DNA of 64,000 nt from IMG/VR virus record IMGVR_UViG_3300025848_000036, one strand, 5' to 3'. The notes below the pieces were generated by a model. It worked only from the letters and a program-made list of their open reading frames with translations, ran no database searches and was not told the origin of the DNA. The stretch's first letter is position 1. Every line of letters starts with the position of its first letter. Below are positions 1 through 10,600 of the stretch, piece by piece. Origin of the DNA: an uncultured virus (IMG/VR IMGVR_UViG_3300025848_000036). Lineage: Duplodnaviria > Heunggongvirae > Uroviricota > Caudoviricetes. The translations under genes were made by a program, and so were the position numbers.

Positions 1-689
1 AGATATACTTTGACGAATTTGGCACAATCATGAGAGAGGCACATTACTTTAATGTAAAATATGATAAAGCCTTTCCTGCACTTTATGCAAAATTGTCACC
101 AACATTTAATAACATTAAGGGATATACTGTCTCTGGCTTTAGGGCAGGATCGTATGCAGCAGAATTTATGGTATTTAATGCAACAGACAAAGCATTAAGT
201 TTGGACAGCGGTAGTGGAAATTATTTAAGAATTCAAGGCGTAACATTTACGCAGCAGTCTCAGAATGATTATACTGTGGATGAGTATTTTACTAAAAATT
301 CTAATTTTTCTAATCCACAATTTAAGGGAACCAATTTAATATCTTCTCCATTTAAGGTTAATAAACTGTATGAGGATATTAAAATAAGTAGATTAACTCA
401 TGGTAAAAAAGATTTTTCATTAAATGCACCATACATACAATCATATGACGATGCACAAAATATGATGGAATGGATTATTTCAAAAATCTCTAAGCCAAGA
501 AAATCTATTGGTCTTAAAATATTTGCAATGCCAACATTACAACTTGGAGATATTGTTAATATTAAATTTAAACAAGAAGATGTAGATGTTTTGGTTTCAG
601 ATACAGACCGTTTTGTAGTATATAATATTGAATATAGCAAAGATGGTCATGGCCCTAACATGACGGTATTTTTAAGTGAGGTAAAATAA
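1..689 (+). CDS. C-terminal part of a large virion structural/tail protein (truncated by the window edge)
   Basis: The frame is open upstream of ATG30 to the window edge. It is the first of a series of TAATG-coupled genes, and the C-terminal 'LQLGDIV' is typical of tail-hub proteins. Confidence 0.55.
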   Translation, partial: IYFDEFGTIMREAHYFNVKYDKAFPALYAKLSPTFNNIKGYTVSGFRAGSYAAEFMVFNATDKALSLDSGSGNYLRIQGVTFTQQSQNDYTVDEYFTKNSNFSNPQFKGTNLISSPFKVNKLYEDIKISRLTHGKKDFSLNAPYIQSYDDAQNMMEWIISKISKPRKSIGLKIFAMPTLQLGDIVNIKFKQEDVDVLVSDTDRFVVYNIEYSKDGHGPNMTVFLSEVK

Positions 690-1180
690 TGGTAGAGGCA
701 ACACCCAACTTACCAACAATTGTTCCATCAACATCAACGTCAGGAATCAAAGTAGCGACACCTGATCTAATTATTACAACCGAAGAGGTCGTACCAGTAG
801 AGGTAATGACAGACCTTCTATTTGAGGATATAGGTGCTGAGGAAATTATTAATATAGCAAGAAACGATATTGTTGCAGGTCAACTAGTATCCTACCAACC
901 AATCAAAAACCTAACAAGCATTTATTTGCAATATAATCCACAAAATGTTTTATCATTACAAAATACTGCAAATACATTTTTTAAGAATTTCCCAATCAAG
1001 TTTGAAAACAAGGTGCCAGATGTTGGTACTGGACCCAATGGGGAAATTGTCTATATCGATTCAGAAACTGGGGACATCATTATTAATGTTATTAACCTAG
1101 AAGAAGACGAGCAGGTAGAGGTTCAAATGCTAAACGCTGGGGACCTACTTAATGATACAATATATGAGGTGAATAATTAA
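689..1180 (+). CDS. Putative virion structural protein
   Basis: Acidic 163 aa ORF translationally coupled (TAATG) within the structural operon. Confidence 0.45.
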   Translation: MVEATPNLPTIVPSTSTSGIKVATPDLIITTEEVVPVEVMTDLLFEDIGAEEIINIARNDIVAGQLVSYQPIKNLTSIYLQYNPQNVLSLQNTANTFFKNFPIKFENKVPDVGTGPNGEIVYIDSETGDIIINVINLEEDEQVEVQMLNAGDLLNDTIYEVNN

Positions 1181-2337
1181 TGATTACTAATACTGGGAAA
1201 AGAATTTTAGCCAAATACCTTATTGGCCAGGCTCCAGCCTACGCCTCTTACATTGCTATTGGATGTGGACCAACCCCTCTAGATACTGGGGACAACTTTG
1301 CAGATTATTCAAATAAGACAAACCTAGATTTTGAGATGTTTCGTGTTCCAATTGCTTCTCGTGGTTTTGTAACTGAGAACGGTATTTCTAAGATTGTATT
1401 TACTGCTGAACTACCTAGTGAAGAAAGATATGAGTTATCTGAAGTAGGAATTTATTCTGCAGGATCCAATAATACAGCAGGTGCTTATGACAGTAAAACT
1501 TTGTTTGCTTATTCTCCAGAGGAAAACTGGGAAGAGCACCTTTCTGGAGAAGAGCAGGCAACGTCAATTCCATCAATATACACACCACTAAATGGTTCAG
1601 AAGATAGTAATAATATTGTTACAGATCTCAATGTTTTACAAACAAACGCTAACAATAGAGTATTTAATGATGCAAACAGAGTTGCAAGATATGAGCGTTG
1701 CCGATTTTTAAATAATATTGTTGCTGTTAGAGGTAATCATTGCAATATTCAAAAACAAACAGTTAATGGTATTTCTAGACTTTCCGTTGTTGGAGATGAG
1801 AACCATATTCATCAATCTGGATTAGTAGCAGACTTTAGCAAGAATGCACCAACAGATGAGTTACGATTTGCTTTCAGTGTAGCAAATACTATTGCAGATT
1901 CAAATGAAGTTCCAGATGCTGTTCGTATTATTGTTGAATTTTCTTCAGATGATGGTGGATCTAATTTATCATCTAGCCAAACAGCAAAATTAGAAATCGA
2001 TGTACCAAATGGCACAGGATCAGGACAGTATGACTTTAGCACTAACCGATATGTTGTTGTCAAAAAGCAATTACAAGAACTATTTAAAACAAACCCATTT
2101 GCCTGGAGTGCTATTAATGTTGTAAAGATTTATTCATGTGTTATTAAAAATGGTGAGCCATCAGAAAATTTCTTTGTGTGTATTGATGCAATGAGACTTG
2201 AAAATGTTTCAACAGAAAATGCTTTGTACGGATTAACTGGATATTCTGTTATTAAAAATACAAATGCAGAAACAATTGTAAAATTACAAAATACAACTAA
2301 TTACCTAGAATTTAGATTTGCCCTGGATGTGCAATAA
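1180..2337 (+). CDS. Putative tail/baseplate protein with tail-fibre-like N-terminus
   Basis: The N-terminus MITNTGKRILAK...YIAIGCG...ELSEVGIY resembles phage tail-collar/fibre N-termini. Confidence 0.55.
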   Translation: MITNTGKRILAKYLIGQAPAYASYIAIGCGPTPLDTGDNFADYSNKTNLDFEMFRVPIASRGFVTENGISKIVFTAELPSEERYELSEVGIYSAGSNNTAGAYDSKTLFAYSPEENWEEHLSGEEQATSIPSIYTPLNGSEDSNNIVTDLNVLQTNANNRVFNDANRVARYERCRFLNNIVAVRGNHCNIQKQTVNGISRLSVVGDENHIHQSGLVADFSKNAPTDELRFAFSVANTIADSNEVPDAVRIIVEFSSDDGGSNLSSSQTAKLEIDVPNGTGSGQYDFSTNRYVVVKKQLQELFKTNPFAWSAINVVKIYSCVIKNGEPSENFFVCIDAMRLENVSTENALYGLTGYSVIKNTNAETIVKLQNTTNYLEFRFALDVQ

Positions 2338-2765
2338 TGTCAGATGCAGGAATAAAGAAGGTTGTTATAAAGTCTTCTGATTTACCACCACTTGGTAAAG
2401 ATAATAATGTTATTTTAAGATACAGGATTATTTCTGAAGATAGAAACAGAATGTCACATTGGTCTCCACAATATAACCTAGTTGAAAAAACCCCAACTAC
2501 TGTTACTGGTGTTATTGAGGTTGGATCTAAAACTATAAATGTTGTATGGAGTGATTCAGATAACAATGTAAATAAAGATGCCTATGATGTTTTTGTTAAA
2601 TTTGATAATGGTCAGTATAAATATGCTGGTACATCATACGTACATAGTTTCTCATTTTTAAAAGAAACGGCAAATAGCGTAAGTGTAGCAATTCAATTCG
2701 AAGGAATTACAAAAGAAAGAAATACAAAATTAACAATATACGAAGGTACCGAACCTTTGGTATAA
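2337..2765 (+). CDS. Putative structural protein (beta-rich, Fn3-like)
   Basis: Coupled ORF with beta-strand-rich composition. Confidence 0.4.
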   Translation: MSDAGIKKVVIKSSDLPPLGKDNNVILRYRIISEDRNRMSHWSPQYNLVEKTPTTVTGVIEVGSKTINVVWSDSDNNVNKDAYDVFVKFDNGQYKYAGTSYVHSFSFLKETANSVSVAIQFEGITKERNTKLTIYEGTEPLV

Positions 2766-2782
2766 TTGGATAAGGAGATACT

Positions 2783-3226
2783 ATGTCAAAAATACCACTA
2801 CCAGAACGAGGTCAGCCAATGGATGTGACCTACATCTATCAGATTGCTAATGCAGTCAATGATCTTGCCAGCCAAATTTCACCATCTACTTATAAGTATG
2901 TAACCGTTGATACTGTTAATGCAGGCAAGCAAAGTGTCAAAGCATCTGAAGCCAGAATCATCGGTGGATATGTAAATATTTATTCAGATACTACTGTAAA
3001 CAGCGGAAACGAAAAATCATTTTCATATGACTTTCCAGCAGACTTCAAGTATGCACCAATTTGTACAGCAACACCAATAAATGTTGGCGGTACACCAGCA
3101 GGTGGAAATGTATCTGTGGTATTAAAAACAGTTAATACTTCTAGGGTAGAGGGTGTAGTTCGTTTTAACACTAGCGGAAACTTAACTGTTGGGGTCAATC
3201 TAATAGTTATTGGTATTCCGAACTAA
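2783..3226 (+). CDS. Putative minor tail protein
   Basis: SD AAGGAG; the C-terminal 'FPADFKYAPICTAT...LIVIG' resembles tail-fibre tip/H-type-lectin-like domains. Confidence 0.45.
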   Translation: MSKIPLPERGQPMDVTYIYQIANAVNDLASQISPSTYKYVTVDTVNAGKQSVKASEARIIGGYVNIYSDTTVNSGNEKSFSYDFPADFKYAPICTATPINVGGTPAGGNVSVVLKTVNTSRVEGVVRFNTSGNLTVGVNLIVIGIPN

Positions 3227-3417
3227 TGTTAAAATGTGATAAGTGTCACAAAAGAATGTTTCTAGATAGACAATATACTAAAGCCGATCACTTAGAAACT
3301 TTTTGTTTGACATGTGGATCACGCAAATTTTTTCACCCACCAACTGATTCAAATGAGGGACAATGGCTATTAAAAAAGGAAGCATTGAGAGCGAAGGTTA
3401 CAATAACGCCTCTGTAA
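3226..3417 (+). CDS. Small Zn-ribbon protein
   Basis: CDKC...CLTC motifs. Confidence 0.6.
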   Translation: MLKCDKCHKRMFLDRQYTKADHLETFCLTCGSRKFFHPPTDSNEGQWLLKKEALRAKVTITPL

Positions 3418-3905
3418 TTCCTGGAAACAAAAAGGTTTGGTTTCTAAATGGTGATCTTGTTCGAGTTCATCATTTAAATCGTTCTAATGGAATAATGTCT
3501 GTTTATAATATTACAAAAGATAGAATTGAAAGTTGTCTTATTAGTGATTTTAAAAATAATAGAGAACGTGCCTATACAGTTGGAGAAACTGCAGAACTTG
3601 TAAATAGACACAAAAAGTATATGCCATCACTTATGAAGCGTGGGGTTATTCCATTTCCAATGGGATCTCAAAAGGGTGGGGCTAGGGGTTGGCAAGTTAG
3701 ATCATATTATTCTGAATCGCAGGTAAAGGAAATTCGTGATATATTGGCTACATACCATATTGGCAGGCCAAGAAAAGATAAATTAATTACAAATGATATA
3801 ACACCCTCACGCCAAGAGTTGACAAGGCGAATGGGGGACGGTATACTTACATATGTAAAGACTGAAGATGGTAGATATATACCAGTTTGGAGTGAAACGC
3901 TTTAA
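3363..3905 (+). CDS. MerR-like HTH DNA-binding protein
   Basis: YTVGETAELVNRH...LMKRGVIP...RSYYSESQVKEI follows the MerR-type winged-HTH pattern. Confidence 0.6.
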   Translation: MAIKKGSIESEGYNNASVIPGNKKVWFLNGDLVRVHHLNRSNGIMSVYNITKDRIESCLISDFKNNRERAYTVGETAELVNRHKKYMPSLMKRGVIPFPMGSQKGGARGWQVRSYYSESQVKEIRDILATYHIGRPRKDKLITNDITPSRQELTRRMGDGILTYVKTEDGRYIPVWSETL

Positions 3906-4021
3906 TGGGTCATAAACCAGCCTCTAGGGGGCAGAATGACCAGCAACTTATGGTAGGGGCTAAAAACCCCTATAAAGTGGCTTTAATGGATGATTTGGCA
4001 CCTTCCATAGAAAGACAATGC

Positions 4022-4050
4022 TTGACTTTCACAGACTTCTGTGATATGAT
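4022..4050 (+). promoter_or_regulatory. Sigma70/SigA-type promoter of the replication operon
   Basis: TTGACT-17-TATGAT with extended TG, followed by SD AGGAG and ATG4079. Confidence 0.7.
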
Positions 4051-4078
4051 TGTTTAAAACACATAGGAGAAAATATAA

Positions 4079-4285
4079 ATGGAAAATGAGAATACTAAAG
4101 TTTCTGTAACATTGGGTTATACCCTAAACCTTGGAAATTTTCAATCCTTGAGACTGGATCTTGGGGTTGTAGATTCAAAGCGTGATGGAGAGAATACTAA
4201 CGATGCTTTTGAAAGAGTCTACAAGTTTGTAGAAGATAAACTAACTGAAAAAATTGCTGAAGCAAAGTCTGAGTTAGAAGAGTAG
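4079..4285 (+). CDS. Conserved phage hypothetical protein
   Basis: SD present; the TLNLGNFQSLRLD motif is one I recall from actinophage replication modules. Confidence 0.6.
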   Translation: MENENTKVSVTLGYTLNLGNFQSLRLDLGVVDSKRDGENTNDAFERVYKFVEDKLTEKIAEAKSELEE

Positions 4286-4287
4286 TA

Positions 4288-4596
4288 ATGGCTGAGCGCA
4301 AAGACCGCATGGCTTTGCTTAGTCGTTATAGCAAATTATATACTCAGCGATATGAGCAGAAGCCATCTCTCAATTTAAACGTAGAGCAATGGGCTGCAGA
4401 TGCATTGATTGAATCATATGGATTGCCAGCATGTTATGATTTGTTATCCTATTATTTTGAAATTGCAAATGAACCAAATTGGAAGTATTACGTCAATTAT
4501 GCAGATGCTATAATTGAAAAACGAAATCAAATAGAACAAGACAAAAGAGAACGAGAAGAGAGACGAGCAATGGCTAGGAAGTGGTTAAGTGAATAA
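4288..4596 (+). CDS. Hypothetical protein, possible helicase loader
   Basis: Overlaps the start of dnaB; function inferred from position only. Confidence 0.4.
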   Translation: MAERKDRMALLSRYSKLYTQRYEQKPSLNLNVEQWAADALIESYGLPACYDLLSYYFEIANEPNWKYYVNYADAIIEKRNQIEQDKREREERRAMARKWLSE

Positions 4597-5806
4597 TACT
4601 GAGAATAAACTTATTACCGCTGTCCTTGAAGATAGACAGGTTCATGTACTCTTACAAGCAAATGTTGACAACATCCTAAGAACTCATGGAGACATTTGGA
4701 ACTTTATACGAAACTATTCTGAACACAATGGATCCGTTCCACCACTATCCCTTGTTGTTGAAAAGTTTAGAGACTTTACACCTTCTACTGGAGTGGGAGC
4801 AACAAAGCATCACCTAGATGAATTGCAGGCAGAGTATTTAACAGATAGTCTTAAAGATATTCTTAGGGCTACTGCAACAGAGGTACAGAGTGGCCAAGGT
4901 CCTGCAGCACTTGAAACACTGATTCAGAAAACTTCAGAATTAAAAAAGAACACTGCTGCAATTCGTGATATCGATGTTACGGATTTAGATTCAGCAGTTG
5001 CATATTATGAACAAGTAAAGAAGCAACAAGAATTAGGTTCTGTTGGAATTAAAACTGGTTTACCAGGATTTGATAATTATCTTCCAGCAGGAATCATGCC
5101 AGGACAGTTGGGTGTCTTCCTAGCATATCCTGGTATTGGTAAGTCTTGGCTTTCTTTGTACTTTGCTGTACAAGCATGGAAGCAAGGCAAATCCCCATTA
5201 GTCATTTCATTGGAAATGAGTGAGACAGAAGTTCGTAACCGTGTATTTACAATTATGGGCGAAGGTCTTTGGTCACATAGAAAACTCAGTTCTGGACAGG
5301 TTGAGATTGACATGCTTAAGAAGTGGCATGGAGATCGTCTTGTTGGAAAACCCGAATTTCATATTATCTCTAATGACTCTGGTGGAGATGTAACTCCATC
5401 TGTCCTGCGTGGAAAGATTGATCAGTACAAACCAGACTTTATTATTGTTGACTACCTACAACTCATGAGTCCAAATCAAAAGTCTGACAATGAGACGGTA
5501 CGTATGAAGAACCTCTCTCGTGAATTAAAGTTAATGGCAATTGCAGAAGAAGTACCAATTATTGCAATCTCATCTGCTACTCCAGATGACGTTACTAAAC
5601 TCGATACCGTTCCAACATTGGGTCAAACTGCTTGGTCTAGACAGATCGCATATGATGCTGACTGGGTTATGGCACTTGGTCGTGGAGCCAATAGCGACAT
5701 TATTGAATGTGTATTTAGAAAGAATAGAAATGGTTTTATGGGTGAATTCTTGGTTGAAGTAGACTTTGACAGAGGACATTATAGATATAAAGACTTTGAG
5801 AATTGA
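4589..5806 (+). CDS. dnaB: DnaB-like replicative helicase
   Basis: Walker A AYPGIGKS, ISLEMS, IIVDYLQLM, SRELKLMA, IAYDAD, KNRNG. Confidence 0.95.
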   Translation: MNNTENKLITAVLEDRQVHVLLQANVDNILRTHGDIWNFIRNYSEHNGSVPPLSLVVEKFRDFTPSTGVGATKHHLDELQAEYLTDSLKDILRATATEVQSGQGPAALETLIQKTSELKKNTAAIRDIDVTDLDSAVAYYEQVKKQQELGSVGIKTGLPGFDNYLPAGIMPGQLGVFLAYPGIGKSWLSLYFAVQAWKQGKSPLVISLEMSETEVRNRVFTIMGEGLWSHRKLSSGQVEIDMLKKWHGDRLVGKPEFHIISNDSGGDVTPSVLRGKIDQYKPDFIIVDYLQLMSPNQKSDNETVRMKNLSRELKLMAIAEEVPIIAISSATPDDVTKLDTVPTLGQTAWSRQIAYDADWVMALGRGANSDIIECVFRKNRNGFMGEFLVEVDFDRGHYRYKDFEN

Positions 5807-5828
5807 GATAGCAGATATAATATGATAC

Positions 5829-6173
5829 ATGGCAACTTTTCATCACAAACCATTGAAGAAGTTCAATCTCAACGGAATGATCAGCGACGAGGCTGTAATC
5901 TGGAGATTGAAGGAGGAGTATATCCGCCTTCTGGTTACAGAAATGCGATTGGCAGGTTATGTACCAAGACTTGACATAGTGCCAGATTTTACGGTAGACT
6001 ATAACGAAAAGAAAAAATTTTTTGAATTTGAATTAACATTATACGGAGTATACATAGGAAGAAGACAGAGCGAATGGATAATAGGACTAGACGAACACAA
6101 AGCAATACCTACACCAAAGAACAAATTAAAAGAGTTCTCACAGGTTCGGGAATCACAATCGAATCAGAAGTAG
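5829..6173 (+). CDS. Hypothetical protein (leaderless)
   Basis: TATAAT ends 7 nt before the ATG; no SD. Confidence 0.6.
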   Translation: MATFHHKPLKKFNLNGMISDEAVIWRLKEEYIRLLVTEMRLAGYVPRLDIVPDFTVDYNEKKKFFEFELTLYGVYIGRRQSEWIIGLDEHKAIPTPKNKLKEFSQVRESQSNQK

Positions 6174-7018
6174 ATTCTGATTATATTATCTTTTGTCCAT
6201 TTCATTCTAATACAAGAACTCCTGCTGGCGAAGTGCATAAAAGCGATGGAACATTTTTTTGTTTTTCTTGTCAGAAAGTCGCAGATTTAGTAGAACTTGT
6301 TATGCACACGTCTGGTCGCACTTATTTTGAATCTATTCGTTTTATCAAAGGTAAAGAATCTGAATCTAATTTAGAAAAAGATATTAACCAAGCACTTTAT
6401 GTTAAACCAGATTTTATCCAGTTTGATGAGATATTGATTAAAAGATTAAATTCTCAGGCAATGGAGTCTCCAAGAGCAAAAAGATATTTTTCAGGCAGAC
6501 TAATTACCGAACAGTCAATGAAAAATTTTTGGCTTGGATTTTCTGAAAAGCAAGATATGGTCACTGTTCCAGTACATAGCCCAGATGGAATGATTATTGG
6601 TTTTGTTGCACGAACCATCGAAGGTAAAGAATTTAAGAATACCCCAGGATTACCAAAATCAAAAACTTTATTTAATTTGCATAGAGTAAAAATTGCAGAC
6701 AAGGTTTATGTGGTTGAATCCTCATTTGATGCTATTAGATTAGATCAGGTTGGTTTCCCAGCAGTGGCTACTTTGGGTGCAAATGTTTCAAATGCACAAA
6801 TAGAATTGCTTCAAAAATACTTCAATAATATTATTGTTATTGCAGATAATGATGAGGCAGGCGGTAACATGAAAGATCGATTAATTGAAAGATTAGGTTC
6901 TCGTGTTAGCGTAATTCAGTTAGATAAACAATATAAAGATATAGGCGATATGGACGACACGTCAATTAAACAATTAGAATATCAGTTTGACAAGTCAATA
7001 CTGTCTATGCTAAACTAA
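6074..7018 (+). CDS. dnaG: DNA primase (CHC2 Zn finger + TOPRIM)
   Basis: CPFH...CFSC; VVESSFDAI; IADNDEAG; KDIGD. Confidence 0.92.
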   Translation: MDNRTRRTQSNTYTKEQIKRVLTGSGITIESEVDSDYIIFCPFHSNTRTPAGEVHKSDGTFFCFSCQKVADLVELVMHTSGRTYFESIRFIKGKESESNLEKDINQALYVKPDFIQFDEILIKRLNSQAMESPRAKRYFSGRLITEQSMKNFWLGFSEKQDMVTVPVHSPDGMIIGFVARTIEGKEFKNTPGLPKSKTLFNLHRVKIADKVYVVESSFDAIRLDQVGFPAVATLGANVSNAQIELLQKYFNNIIVIADNDEAGGNMKDRLIERLGSRVSVIQLDKQYKDIGDMDDTSIKQLEYQFDKSILSMLN

Positions 7019-7039
7019 GATAACAAACAAGGAGAAAAA

Positions 7040-7693
7040 ATGAGCGTAATTAAAGGACTCAAAGATATCAATGCCTTGCTCGACAAGCCAAAGTATGAAG
7101 GTACTGGACAAAAGGTTCGTTGGGTAAAGTTGGCTGATGGACAATCAGCAAAAATCCGATTCGTAGAAGAACTAGATTCGGACTCAGCAAACTATGCAGA
7201 GAGCCGTGGTTTATCTGTAGTAGTTGCAGAACACACTAATCCAAAAGATTATAAGCGTAAGGCTGCATGCACAATGGAAACAGAAGGTCGTTGTTTCGGT
7301 TGTGAAATGGCCAAGAAGGAACCGAAGTCTGGCTGGAGAGCACGTCTTCGTTTCTACTGCAATGTTTTGATTAATGATGGTCTTGAAGATCCATATATTG
7401 CTGTATGGTCTCAAGGTATTAGCAAGCAATCAGCATTTAATAATATTCGTGAATATGCACTTGACACAGGTAGCGTATCAAACCTTGAATGGAAGTTAAA
7501 GCGTAATGGTCAGGGTACTGAAACCAATTACACACTTCTTCCTACCAAGCCAGATTCAGAACCATTTAAGTGGGATGGTCTTGAATTCTTCAACCTAGAA
7601 AAGGTTGTTCGTGAGGTTCCATATCCAGAACAAGAATCATTCTATTTTGGATTTGACACACCTTCTGTTACTAGTACAAATATCGACTGGTAA
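7040..7693 (+). CDS. Single-stranded DNA-binding protein (gp32-like)
   Basis: Lies between primase and polymerase; H/C Zn-ligand pattern, KRNGQGTETNY, acidic-aromatic C-terminus; strong promoter and SD. Confidence 0.7.
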   Translation: MSVIKGLKDINALLDKPKYEGTGQKVRWVKLADGQSAKIRFVEELDSDSANYAESRGLSVVVAEHTNPKDYKRKAACTMETEGRCFGCEMAKKEPKSGWRARLRFYCNVLINDGLEDPYIAVWSQGISKQSAFNNIREYALDTGSVSNLEWKLKRNGQGTETNYTLLPTKPDSEPFKWDGLEFFNLEKVVREVPYPEQESFYFGFDTPSVTSTNIDW

Positions 7694-7696
7694 TAG

Positions 7697-10600
7697 ATGT
7701 CTTACGTAGGCTTACACGTACACACCCATTACTCGTTATTTGACGGGATTGCTACTCCAGAAGAATACGTGAACCGTGCAGTTGAGTTAGGGATGCCAGC
7801 ATTGGCAATCACTGACCACGGTACTTTATCTGGGCATAGGGAACTGCACCGTATTGCAAAAGCAAAGGGTATTAAGCCTATTCTCGGCGTAGAAGGCTAT
7901 ATGTGTTCTGATAGATTTGACACTAGAGATAAGTCTGAAAGAGATGGAGATCTAGATCTAGTCTATAACCATATAGTCCTTCTCGCCAAAAATAAAATTG
8001 GTTTGGAAAACCTAAACAAGATTAATGAGATTGCGTGGACAGAAGGATATTTCAAAAAGCCACGATTTGATTTTGAAACTTTAGAAAAATATTCAGAAGG
8101 CATTATTGTTACATCTGCTTGCCCAAGCAGTGTTTTGGTTAAGGCTTTGGAAAATAGTGAATTTGCTATAACCAAAAAATATATTGAATGGTTTAAAAAA
8201 GTATTTAAGGATGACTATTATATTGAGGTCATGCCACATAATGAGTCAGAAATCAACAAGCAACTGATTGCTCTGGCAGATGAGTATAAGATTAAGGTTG
8301 TTGTTACTCCAGACTGCCACCACAGCACAACAGATCAAAAAGAAATTCAAGAGTTTAAATTACTCTTAAATACACATGTCAAGATTGACAAAGAACACAC
8401 TTTTGAAAAGTCCAAAAAGCATACCAACATGATGAAGCGTTTGGATTATTTGTATGGTGCTGACAGAGACATAACTTTTAATAAGTTTGATATTCATTTA
8501 CTATCATACGAAGAAATAAAGGCTGCAATGGAAAAGCAGGGTATCGATAGACCAGATATTTATGCTAACACATTAGAGATTGCTAATAAGGTAGAGGATT
8601 ACGATATACAAGAAGGCTTAAACCTTTTGCCAGTTCAGTATAAGAATCCAGACAGAGAACTTGCAGAACTTGCTTTTGCTGGGCTTGAAGAAAAAAGATT
8701 AAACTCAAACTGGCTTGGTAACGATATATACGAACAAAGACTAGAAGAAGAGTTATCAGTTATTCGTGATAAAAAATTTGCTCCATACTTTCTTGTTGTA
8801 AGAAACATGATTAACTGGGCAAAGAAAGAAGGAATCATGGTAGGTCCAGGTCGTGGATCTGCTGCTGGTTCGTTGCTCTGCTACACACTTGGTATTACGG
8901 ACATAGATCCTATTGAGCATGGACTTTTGTTCTTCCGTTTTATTAACCCAGAGCGTAATGACTTTCCAGATATCGATACAGATATTCAGGATTCTCGTCG
9001 TGAAGAAGTTAAAGATTATTTAGTTAGACAGTATCGACACGTTGCTTCTATTGCAACATTTCTTTCTTTTAAAGATAAGGGTGTTGTTCGAGATGTTGCA
9101 CGTGTATTGAATATTCCACTACCAGATGTAAACAAAGTTTTAAAGTTAGTAGATAGTTGGGATGATTTCTGTAGTTCAAAAACAACGGAATGGTTTAGAG
9201 ATAAATATCCAGAGGTGGAGGTATATGGTGAACAATTACGTGGTCGTATTAGAGGTACTGGCATTCACGCTGCTGGCGTTGTCACTAGCAAAGATCCTAT
9301 TTTTAAATACGCACCAATGGAGACACGTAATTCTCCTGGTAGCGATGACCGTATTCCTGTCGTTGCTGTGGATATGGAAGAGGCTGAAAAGATTGGTCTC
9401 ATCAAAATCGATGCACTTGGACTTAAAACCTTAAGTGTATTAAAAGATACATTAAATATTATTGAAGAAAGAGAAGGTAAAAAGATAGACCTTCTTTCTA
9501 TTGATATGGATGATAAAAATGTTTATCAAATGCTTTCAGATGGATATACCAAAGGCGTATTCCAGTGTGAAGCAACACCATACACCAACTTACTCATTAA
9601 AATGGGTGTAAAGAATTTGGCAGAACTTGCTGCATCAAATGCTTTGGTACGTCCAGGTGCAATGAATACAATTGGAAAAGATTATATTGAACGCAAGCAT
9701 GGTCGTCAAAACATTGACTATAAACATCAGGTATTAAAAGAGTTTACAGAAGATACCTATGGTTGTATTTTATATCAAGAACAGGTTATGCAGGCATGCG
9801 TTGAACTTGGTGGTATGTCAATGTCAGAAGCAGATAAAGTTAGAAAGATTATTGGAAAGAAGAAAGATGCAAAAGAATTTAACGCCTTCCAAGATCGTTT
9901 CGTTACTGGTGCTAGTAAGTATATTAGTCCTAATAACGCTCTTGACCTATGGCATGATTTCGAAGCCCACGCAGGATATTCTTTTAACAAGTCACATGCA
10001 GTGGCCTACTCAACCCTCTCCTATTGGACAGCATGGTTGAAATATTACTATCCACTTGAGTTTATGTACTCAATACTAAAGAACGAAAAGGATAAAGATG
10101 CGAGGACTGAATATCTTATTGAAGCAAAGAGAATGGGGATCAGCATTAAACTACCTCATATTAATGATTCAGATATTGATTTTAAAATTGAGGGTAAGGG
10201 TATACGATTTGGTCTTTCTGGTATTAAGTACATATCAGATAAAATTGCTGAGAGGTATATCTCTGCTAGGCCTTTCAATTCGTATTCTGAACTTGAGGAG
10301 TTTACTTTTACTAAGGGAAACGGAGTTAACAGCCGTGCTCTTCAAGCATTACGTGTTGTCGGTGCAGCAACATTTAGTGACAACCCAAGAAATGACGAAG
10401 AGATTAAAGAAAACCTCTACGAATATTTAAACTTACCAGAATTTAATTTGACAGTTCCATCTCACTATCATGCATTTATTACACCTGTAGAAGATTATGA
10501 AGAAAAGGGATCTTTTATTATGATGGGCATGATAAAAGGAATTAAGAGAGCAAAGGGATGGTCAAGAGTTGAACTGCTAGATAAAACTGGTAGCACTGGT

